Position numbers and translations under genes: made by a program. Under the pieces are notes generated by a model. It worked only from the letters and a program-made list of their open reading frames with translations. It searched no databases and had not been told where the DNA came from. Of a DNA stretch of 31,902 bases, positions 1-6,485 are shown one piece after another. Each line of letters opens with the position of its first letter. The stretch's first letter is position 1. Source of the DNA: a virus (taxonomy: Duplodnaviria > Caudoviricetes); IMG/VR virus record IMGVR_UViG_3300042972_000030, positions 1 through 31,902 of that record. One strand, written 5' to 3'.

Positions 1-1731
1 ATGGAATTAACTGATGAGTGCCAGACTGAGGCCATCTCCGAGCGCCCACAGGAACTCATCAGACGGTTATTCAAGCATCGGCGTGTTGACCCAGTTTCAA
101 ACTGCTGGTTCTGGACGGGCGGTCATACGGATAATGGGTATGGACACGTGTATTTAGACAAATCGACGGTACTGGTTCACAGACTCAGTTATGAGATTTT
201 CCGTGGAGCTATCCCGGAAGCCCATATCGTTGACCACCGCTGCTTTAACAGACTCTGTTTTAATCCAAACCATTTACGCTGCATTACGATCGCGGAAAAC
301 AACCAACATAGATTCGGCGCATCAAGCAACAATCGGTCATCCGGCGTCAGAAACGTTTACTGGTATGGCTATAGGAAGAAATGGTTTGCGGCAATCCACC
401 ACAACGGCAAACAAATAAGAAGTGAATATTTCGACGATAAAGAACATGCATGCGAAGAGGCGGTAAGACTCAGAGCATTGTATTTCAAGGACCAAGGTGA
501 TAGCGATATGAAAGCCAAACACAGGAGGCCTCGCGGCACTGGAGCCGTATTTGTCGATTCACAAAATCGGTATACGTACACTCTGGAACTTCCCAATGAC
601 CCCGCGACAGGAAAACGCAGACGGAAAACATTTCGGAGCAAGGATCCGAATAAAGCCAAGGCCAAATATCTGGAAGCTCGGAAGAAACTTATATCTACCG
701 GAGTTCTTGCCTCGGATGTATCACCGAAACTGGCAGACTGGCTGGGACGCTGGCTTGAGGAGTTCAAGCGCCCCAATGTTAAGCCTCGCGTCTGGGAATC
801 CTACCGCTCCGATTGCCGGAACATCACGAACAGCATCGGTGCCGTCCGTATCGGGGATATCACTGCGGCGCATGTGCGCAAGTTGGAGAAGGACATCACC
901 TCGACGCGCAGCAGCAAGACCGCGCTCAACGCGTACCGTCGACTGAGCAACGCATTGGATGACGCCCTCGGCGAGGGATTGATAGAGGCTAATCCATGTG
1001 CCCATTGCGACCCGCCCAGGGTCGAGGCGAACCCGACGGTGATACTTGATGCCGGGCAGCCGGTGAAGCTCATACAGGCCGCCTCCAGTGGCTCTGGTGA
1101 GGTGAAGCGCAGGCGCGGGCAGAACAAGTGGCCGGACAGTGCCGAGGATGAAGCGATGTGGGGTCTCATGTGGCGGCTCGCGTTCGAGACCGGTATGAGA
1201 CAGGGGGAGCGGTTCGCCCTGACACCGGACGACCTGGTGCAGGTCGACGGCACGCCCGCGATCCACGTGTGCCACGAGTTGCAGCGGTATGCGAAGGGTG
1301 CGGTCATACCCTCATGGCTCAAGGCGGAACCGGTCGCCGGGGGAATATGGATGGTGCCGCCGAAGTCGAAGAAGGGCGAGCGTATCGTGCCCGTCAGCAA
1401 AGCCCTCTGGGATGACCTCTCCGCGTGGGCATCCGACCATGAACTGAAGTCTGGTGATCTGATCTTCACTCGCAAGGGACAACCATTGACCAACACGGTC
1501 GAACGCCGCCGCTGGTATCGCGCACTGGAGAAGGCCGGACTACCGAGAGTGACGATTCGCAGCGCACGCCACTACTTCGCCACCCAGCTCGCCATAGCCG
1601 GAGCCTCCGAAGACGCGCGCAAAAGCATCATGGGGCATGTCGACATCGGCACCACAGCACGGTATACGCATTGGGATGCGAAAGCGTTGTCGGAGATTAC
1701 CTGCAAGACGGCGCTGAGCGTGGAAAGTTAG
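1..1731 (+). CDS. int: Tyrosine integrase with in-frame N-terminal HNH endonuclease and AP2-like domain
   Basis: aa ~35-103 HNH motif (CWFWTG..GYG..HRLSYE..VDHRCFNRLCFNPNHL..EN); aa ~113-162 AP2-like (SGVRNVYW..KWFAAI..YFDDKEHA). From M170 (nt 508): arm-binding region (RPRGTGAVF..GKRRRKTF), core-binding region, and catalytic motifs TGMRQGE, PKSK, RSARH, MGH, Y. Confidence 0.92.
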   Translation: MELTDECQTEAISERPQELIRRLFKHRRVDPVSNCWFWTGGHTDNGYGHVYLDKSTVLVHRLSYEIFRGAIPEAHIVDHRCFNRLCFNPNHLRCITIAENNQHRFGASSNNRSSGVRNVYWYGYRKKWFAAIHHNGKQIRSEYFDDKEHACEEAVRLRALYFKDQGDSDMKAKHRRPRGTGAVFVDSQNRYTYTLELPNDPATGKRRRKTFRSKDPNKAKAKYLEARKKLISTGVLASDVSPKLADWLGRWLEEFKRPNVKPRVWESYRSDCRNITNSIGAVRIGDITAAHVRKLEKDITSTRSSKTALNAYRRLSNALDDALGEGLIEANPCAHCDPPRVEANPTVILDAGQPVKLIQAASSGSGEVKRRRGQNKWPDSAEDEAMWGLMWRLAFETGMRQGERFALTPDDLVQVDGTPAIHVCHELQRYAKGAVIPSWLKAEPVAGGIWMVPPKSKKGERIVPVSKALWDDLSAWASDHELKSGDLIFTRKGQPLTNTVERRRWYRALEKAGLPRVTIRSARHYFATQLAIAGASEDARKSIMGHVDIGTTARYTHWDAKALSEITCKTALSVES

Positions 1732-1750
1732 AGAATGAGGTTTCGAGCGG

Positions 1751-1762
1751 TGGGGGTATTCT
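1751..1762 (+). promoter_or_regulatory. Putative -10 region for leaderless transcription of 1769..2488
   Basis: TGGGGGTATTCT ends 6 nt before the GTG start; 11/12 identical to the motif upstream of the repressor. Confidence 0.45.
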
Positions 1763-1768
1763 CGAAAG

Positions 1769-2488
1769 GTGATTTTACGCATCGACCATAAAGACCTGGA
1801 GAACTACATCTCTAAGCACTCCAACGAAATAGGTAAAGGTGATCTTCCATCGTGGATCACCAATCTGGTAGCAGGGGTTTTTCTTATCCCATCAGCTTGG
1901 TCTGTAGGAAACAATGTCGTAAAATCGGTGTTGCTTTGTTGTGCATTGGCGTATTGTCTCTGGACAGCGTGTAGGATAGTGAAAATAATCAAAAACCCAT
2001 TTGATGCCAATAAGCTCTTGAAGGGTGTTGAGACCATGGATAGAACAAAGAGGCGCAGTTCGATTATCGCGTTACGCGATGCGACTGGCGAGTTTAAAAA
2101 CAGGTATCTCCTCTATCGTGATGATGGCTGGGGTTGTGATTTCTTCCCAAATCACAAGACCGCGGATCCTACAAGCTTGGATCAACAGCAGATAACCGAT
2201 TATATTTCCAATACGTTTGGCATTCCCAAAGAGTCTTTCGACCTTGCCTATGTAGGCCATGATGTCAGTGAAAAGAAAAGCACAGAGCATAATGATGAAC
2301 TGCGGTATTACGATTATCAGTTGTACAGTGCTGAAGTAAAGGATATTCCTGATTCTTGGAAAGATGCTTCCTTTAAGGTTGGTTCGAAACGCTGTAAGTG
2401 GATGAGTATTGACGAGATGCTTTCAGATGATGAAATCAAAAAAACAAATTATGATGTCGTGTCCATGGTTAGGGACAAGATAGTCTGA
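1769..2488 (+). CDS. Membrane protein with two N-terminal TM helices and a degenerate Nudix-like C-terminal domain (moron)
   Basis: Two hydrophobic segments at aa ~27-47 and ~50-72; C-terminal pattern SIIAL..YLL..W..FFP..YQLYSAEV..KWMSIDEM resembles the Nudix fold without a canonical Nudix box; AT-rich; own terminator. Confidence 0.6.
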   Translation: MILRIDHKDLENYISKHSNEIGKGDLPSWITNLVAGVFLIPSAWSVGNNVVKSVLLCCALAYCLWTACRIVKIIKNPFDANKLLKGVETMDRTKRRSSIIALRDATGEFKNRYLLYRDDGWGCDFFPNHKTADPTSLDQQQITDYISNTFGIPKESFDLAYVGHDVSEKKSTEHNDELRYYDYQLYSAEVKDIPDSWKDASFKVGSKRCKWMSIDEMLSDDEIKKTNYDVVSMVRDKIV

Positions 2489-2499
2489 TTTGGTTTCAC

Positions 2500-2528
2500 G
2501 GCCCGGCCTTGTGCCGGGCTTTTCTTTT
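2500..2528 (+). terminator. Intrinsic terminator
   Basis: GGCCCGGC-CTTGT-GCCGGGCT followed by TTTCTTTT, just after the stop at 2488. Confidence 0.85.
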
Positions 2529-2534
2529 ACCTAT

Positions 2535-2559
2535 GAGAAAGCCCCGCCGAAGTGGAGCT
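2535..2559 (-). terminator. Intrinsic terminator for the leftward genes
   Basis: Minus strand AGCTCCAC-TTCG-GCGGGGCT-TTCT: cUUCGg tetraloop with one mismatch, just downstream of 2565..2765. Confidence 0.6.
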
Positions 2560-2564
2560 GTGGA

Positions 2565-2765
2565 TCACTTGAATAGGTCCCAGAAGCTGAACGTTGTCTT
2601 CCTGTAGACCTTGTTGTAGGCGGCTTTGCGCGGGTTCTTCACCCATCCCGTGCCTTTCTTCCCGTATCCCGGGATGATGGCCTTCTTCGCCTGGCGTTTC
2701 CACTTCGACGTAGTCCTGGCCTTCAACGATCGTTTCAAACTCGGCGTGCGCATTCCGAACTTCAT
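2565..2765 (-). CDS. Small highly basic prophage protein (MKFGMRTPSLKRS..PGYGKKG..NKVY type)
   Basis: 66 aa, Lys/Arg-rich; resembles a conserved hypothetical I recall from integrase-proximal prophage regions; GAGGA SD upstream. Confidence 0.8.
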   Translation of the reverse strand: MKFGMRTPSLKRSLKARTTSKWKRQAKKAIIPGYGKKGTGWVKNPRKAAYNKVYRKTTFSFWDLFK

Positions 2766-2792
2766 GAGTTCCTCGATTCTCGATGGTTCTGG

Positions 2793-3257
2793 TTATTGGA
2801 TGATTTCCTTAGCGTTTTCGATGACTTCGGCATTCTCCTCGTCGTCGCCGATCATGAGCACGTAGCCCGCGTTCTCACCGAGATAAGCGCCCTTGTAGCG
2901 GCGTATGAGTCCCATCTCGATAAGTTGTGCCCATGTGCGGCTTATGCGCGTCCTGGCCGTGTTCTCGCGCTGTTTTGACAGCGTATCATCCCCGACCTGT
3001 TCGGCGAGCGCCGCGTCGTAGCTGAGCAGCCCGAAGGATTGGGCGATCTTTTTCCAGCCGCCGTCATAGTAGCGGGATGGTCGATACTCGTTGCCGGTGG
3101 GGTTCGGATAGTCATAGGTGTTCACGGCCATGTAGGTGAGTACGTTCAACGCGAACGAGTCGAGCACCCATACCTTGCTGTCCCTGCGCTTGAGGAGCTT
3201 TCCCTGGCTGGCCTTTTCGTAGACCTTGGCGACGTTCTTGTAGCCCATTGGTTCCAT
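2793..3257 (-). CDS. Hypothetical protein, possible winged-helix DNA-binding protein
   Basis: GGAGG SD; C-terminal helix-turn-wing pattern (TRISRTWAQLIEMGLIRR..NAGYVL). Confidence 0.7.
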   Translation of the reverse strand: MEPMGYKNVAKVYEKASQGKLLKRRDSKVWVLDSFALNVLTYMAVNTYDYPNPTGNEYRPSRYYDGGWKKIAQSFGLLSYDAALAEQVGDDTLSKQRENTARTRISRTWAQLIEMGLIRRYKGAYLGENAGYVLMIGDDEENAEVIENAKEIIQ

Positions 3258-3481
3258 CGTTTCCTCCTCGGAGTATAATGATGCTCTGAGGACGCTTGTT
3301 CTCTTAATCCCGTTTTCTTCTTGCTGGAGGAGCGGGATTTCTCATTTCCTTGCGCTCTCCATCATAACACGGATTGCACCACGGTACAACTGTAGAATGT
3401 TGGGGAACGCAACCATTCACGCGCTGCATGTACTCACCGTGATGCGCTCCACTACAACGCTATATAAAGGAAACAGGTATA

Positions 3482-3508
3482 AGACAGTAATAGACAGTAA
3501 TTAGACAG
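3482..3508. repeat. Short tandem direct repeats AGACAGTAAT x2 plus AGACAG
   Basis: agacagtaat agacagtaat t agacag read directly. Confidence 0.75.
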
Positions 3509-3606
3509 CCGCGTTTTTTGCAAAAACACGGGCGCGCGCGATACGAAGATGTTCACACGTATTGCCTGCGGTCGAGAACCAGATGCTTGTAATCTTTGAG
3601 CATCCG

Positions 3607-4089
3607 TTATTGATTCATGTTCTCAGTAGACATGTACAGATTGATTGAACCATCCTTGTTTGTCCAAACAATATTAAGGTTCCCGACGTTATCTTGCTGC
3701 TCGGAACCAAGCGGCTGGTTGATTTTCTGGATAATGTCATCGGGAATGGATAATTCTTCGAACGCACACCTGAAAACGTCTGATTCCACACCTTTACTTA
3801 ATGCACCGCCAAGTGACACCAAAGACAGCACTTTTGTCGGGGAGGTGATGTCATCAACTAAGTCAGCACCATTCTCAGATAGTGGAGCACACTTGGTGAT
3901 GGCTGCGTTAACGTCATCTTCGGTATACGTGCGCGATTCCACTGCTGTTGTAGTTGACTCGGAGGTACTAGATGCCGAGGAACCCGTGTTTGTGTTACTG
4001 CTAATCGGAGCCGCTTCATTGCCGCAGCCCGCCAAACCGATTGCCATTACTGTGCATAGCAGGGCAGTACCAATTTTCTTCATCTTCAT
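3607..4089 (-). CDS. Lipoprotein (possible superinfection-exclusion type)
   Basis: Basic N-terminus, hydrophobic core, lipobox LAGC, Ser/Thr-rich linker; lies in the lysogeny module. Confidence 0.8.
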   Translation of the reverse strand: MKMKKIGTALLCTVMAIGLAGCGNEAAPISSNTNTGSSASSTSESTTTAVESRTYTEDDVNAAITKCAPLSENGADLVDDITSPTKVLSLVSLGGALSKGVESDVFRCAFEELSIPDDIIQKINQPLGSEQQDNVGNLNIVWTNKDGSINLYMSTENMNQ

Positions 4090-4143
4090 CTCTTCCCCTC
4101 ATGATCGCTCTTCCCTCACTTCATTGTCGAGAGAATCATATCG

Positions 4144-4575
4144 CTACTTGGATAACACGAGATTCTGATAGTCTTCGATAACCTGTTTGGTAACGTCCAA
4201 TTCGTTGGCCATTCTGAAAACGTCTCCCTCATAGATCTGCTCGGCAATCGCATACTCGGCGGGTGATATGAGGCGCACGGCGGTCTCCCTGCGCGTCCTA
4301 TACTCGGCACGCCGTTGCATAATGCCATCACACCCGCCATCTCGATGCGCCCAGTGCACCAGCTCGTGGACGAGCGTGCAACGCTTAAGCGTGTACTTCA
4401 TATCACGATGGATAAGAATAGTATTTGCAGCGTCATCGTAGATGCCACAGTATCCATCTGGGAGTATTGAGCTTTCTATATGCACATCGAGATCAGCGGC
4501 TTTACTGCGCATGGCCCCATAGGTAAGGCCATGCAGTGGTGGCAGTTCACGCGCCTTCATCAGCGTCGTAACCAT
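4144..4575 (-). CDS. ImmA/IrrE-family metallopeptidase (anti-repressor)
   Basis: CTLVHELVH zinc motif and downstream E (RAEYR..ETA.RLI); directly follows and overlaps the repressor. Confidence 0.9.
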   Translation of the reverse strand: MVTTLMKARELPPLHGLTYGAMRSKAADLDVHIESSILPDGYCGIYDDAANTILIHRDMKYTLKRCTLVHELVHWAHRDGGCDGIMQRRAEYRTRRETAVRLISPAEYAIAEQIYEGDVFRMANELDVTKQVIEDYQNLVLSK

Positions 4576-4852
4576 TCTCCAAGTCTCTTTCAGTATTCTG
4601 CGAAGCAGCTAGGCCGTACATGCTCTCAGTCATGAGCTGCGATATAGATATGCCCCATAGATTGCAGATTAATTGCAAATCAGAGAGCGACCATTCGCTA
4701 TTATCATTTACACGCTCGCGGACGTAATGCTCAGCGCGTCCAATCTGCTTTGCAAACTGTCGGTTCGACAATCTGCGTGCGCCCATCTCTGCACGTATTG
4801 CCCTACTTATACGTAAACCGAAGTTGCTTACCTCTATCTTTTTGCTTCCCAT
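4547..4852 (-). CDS. XRE-family HTH immunity repressor
   Basis: HTH (LSNRQFAKQIGRAEHYVRERVN..WSLSDLQLIC); divergent from Cro-like gene; upstream of ImmA. Confidence 0.88.
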   Translation of the reverse strand: MGSKKIEVSNFGLRISRAIRAEMGARRLSNRQFAKQIGRAEHYVRERVNDNSEWSLSDLQLICNLWGISISQLMTESMYGLAASQNTERDLENGYDADEGA

Positions 4853-4858
4853 GCCTTC

Positions 4859-4887
4859 ATAATACCCCCATTGCGCCTAATTAGAAA
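4859..4887 (-). promoter_or_regulatory. Putative repressor promoter (leaderless)
   Basis: Minus strand TTTCTA-17 bp-TATTAT, then 6 nt to the ATG at 4852; no SD. Confidence 0.55.
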
Positions 4888-4905
4888 AACCTTCACAATT
4901 CCAGC

Positions 4906-4934
4906 TTGACAATGCGCCCAATTGGGCGCATACT
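4906..4934 (+). promoter_or_regulatory. Early lytic promoter with overlapping perfect palindromic operator
   Basis: TTGACA(4906)-17 bp-CATACT(4929); palindrome ATGCGCCCAATTGGGCGCAT at 4912-4931; ATG at 4942. Confidence 0.85.
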
Positions 4935-4941
4935 AAAAAAC

Positions 4942-5196
4942 ATGAACAAACAAAATACATTGAGCTCGACAGTCGCTGCGAGAATCCGCGCAGTAGCTGC
5001 GGCCAAGAAACTCACCATTGCAAATGTTGCCGGATTCCTCAATATCTCCGTTGACGCAGCCAAGCGTCGTCTACGTGGTGATGTTGAGTTCTCACTCTCA
5101 CAGGTCGAAGCATTCGCTCAGTCAACCGGATACCAGGCTGAAGAGTTCCTAGACCCACAATTCGTGCTTGCTTCTTCTCAGGAGCTGACGGCATGA
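4942..5196 (+). CDS. Cro-like HTH protein
   Basis: HTH (LTIANVAGFLNISVDAAKRRLRG..FSLSQV); start set at ATG 4942 because the track start at 4906 is the -35 box. Confidence 0.85.
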   Translation: MNKQNTLSSTVAARIRAVAAAKKLTIANVAGFLNISVDAAKRRLRGDVEFSLSQVEAFAQSTGYQAEEFLDPQFVLASSQELTA

Positions 5197-5501
5197 GTGG
5201 TCTTACTGAGAGTCGTGTGCGCGAGATTGTTCGTGAGGAGATTCAAGAGTGTTTCAAGCCATCCGAGTCTCAGAAGCTTGCGATGGAAGCTCTTCGTAGG
5301 ATAGCTAGTTTTGAGGTTCCTGAACGTGAGCCGTCTGCCAGCCTAGCGAAGTCGATAGCTTCCCTTGAAGAACAAGCAAGTCGGTCAGATTCGAAATTGA
5401 ATCCTCGAGGATCTGCATGCGAACTCGAACAGGGTCATCGGACCGATAAAACCATTCGGCGGACGCAGCCAGCAGATGCTGATTCCTCTGGAGCTCTCTG
5501 A
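5193..5501 (+). CDS. Hypothetical phage protein
   Basis: ATGA overlap with cro, GGAG SD, N-terminal TESRVREIVREEI. Confidence 0.55.
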   Translation: MSGLTESRVREIVREEIQECFKPSESQKLAMEALRRIASFEVPEREPSASLAKSIASLEEQASRSDSKLNPRGSACELEQGHRTDKTIRRTQPADADSSGAL

Positions 5502-5559
5502 TCACCTTGTCGGCGATGTCGAGATCGCGACTTTTTACTTCGGTTTCTTCATTATCCAT
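5305..5559 (-). CDS. Hypothetical protein antisense to and overlapping 5193..5501
   Basis: 84 aa, helical/coiled-coil character; possible -10 (GAAAAT) 7 nt upstream of the ATG. Confidence 0.45.
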   Translation of the reverse strand: MDNEETEVKSRDLDIADKVIRELQRNQHLLAASAEWFYRSDDPVRVRMQILEDSISNLTDLLVLQGKLSTSLGWQTAHVQEPQN

Positions 5560-5585
5560 ATTCCAGATTTTCTCACAAATAAGTA

Positions 5586-5607
5586 AAGCCCCGCTGCAAC
5601 GGGGCTT
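5586..5607. promoter_or_regulatory. GC-rich hairpin AAGCCCCG-CTGCAA-CGGGGCTT
   Basis: 8-bp inverted repeat in the intergenic space before 5631. Confidence 0.6.
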
Positions 5608-5630
5608 CGAATCAAGAGAAAGGTAATCAG

Positions 5631-6485
5631 TTGACTACACAGATTCTATCACCGGAGGTCGTTGAACGCGACCCTTCCACAACGTTGGAGGTGAGCAGCA
5701 TAGGCATGGAATTGGATTCCACACGGTCGAAGCATGAGGCTGAGATTGCGGTTTCCGACATGTTGAACCATGCATATTCGTGGCTTTCGCGCGCGGTCGC
5801 CTCGACGGACACGGACCCGATGCATGTGAAGGAGGTTCGCGCCTATGCTTACACGATCTCCGAGGCCACCAAGCAACGTGACCTGTCACGCAGCATCAAG
5901 ATGGACGCCGAGGAAATGGCTCGCCGCGCAGACTATGCGCTCGGCAAGGCCATCAGAGACGGACAAGATGCAGAAACCATAGCTACACGCGGCGGGAATC
6001 ATGGCAACCAGCATGTAGGTGGCAGATTCCTTGACGAGGAATCTGCCAAACCTGCACCTTCTTCGTTCATTCCCAATAACGGGGAACGACAGGACATTCT
6101 TGCTCTTGCCAACAATGCGAATCCATCCGAATTCGAGGAGGCTCTGACGGAGGCGAAGGCGGAGGGGAATCTGAGCCGCGCGAATCTCGTGCGCAAGGTC
6201 AGTCCAGAACGTCATGATTCAGAACTGGATGTCATTGATGTGGATTCCGAGACTGTGGACGTGGAGACCGGCGAAGTAGTCGAGGAAACCCCGAAACGGT
6301 TAAACCGGAGCATGAGGATATGCGCCACCACGGTCGGCGACCTGGAAACCACAATGACCCTGCTCTCATACATCGACTACGAGTCAATCACCACAACACA
6401 AGCCCGCGACTGGGCGGCACGTCTTGAAGAGCCGATGAAGGCGCTTCGCAAATTCAACACTCAAATCAACAGGAAAGCAGCATGA
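5631..6485 (+). CDS. Hypothetical early phage protein
   Basis: TTG start with AAAGG SD; RGGNHGNQH linker; coupled to the next gene. Confidence 0.75.
   Translation: MTTQILSPEVVERDPSTTLEVSSIGMELDSTRSKHEAEIAVSDMLNHAYSWLSRAVASTDTDPMHVKEVRAYAYTISEATKQRDLSRSIKMDAEEMARRADYALGKAIRDGQDAETIATRGGNHGNQHVGGRFLDEESAKPAPSSFIPNNGERQDILALANNANPSEFEEALTEAKAEGNLSRANLVRKVSPERHDSELDVIDVDSETVDVETGEVVEETPKRLNRSMRICATTVGDLETTMTLLSYIDYESITTTQARDWAARLEEPMKALRKFNTQINRKAA

Noticed and set aside
1-510. HNH-AP2 as an intein or intron-encoded ORF
   Set aside because: No Cys/Ser-start or His-Asn intein splice motifs, and the domain is N-terminal rather than inserted; no intron structure visible, though upstream sequence is missing.
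721-1496. Long antisense ORFs within the integrase, and similar ones across the structural genes
   Set aside because: Typical high-GC antisense shadows with no recognisable motifs.
4906-4941. Longer N-terminus of Cro in the ORF track
   Set aside because: The TTG start is the -35 box and the extension spans the operator; ATG 4942 fits better.
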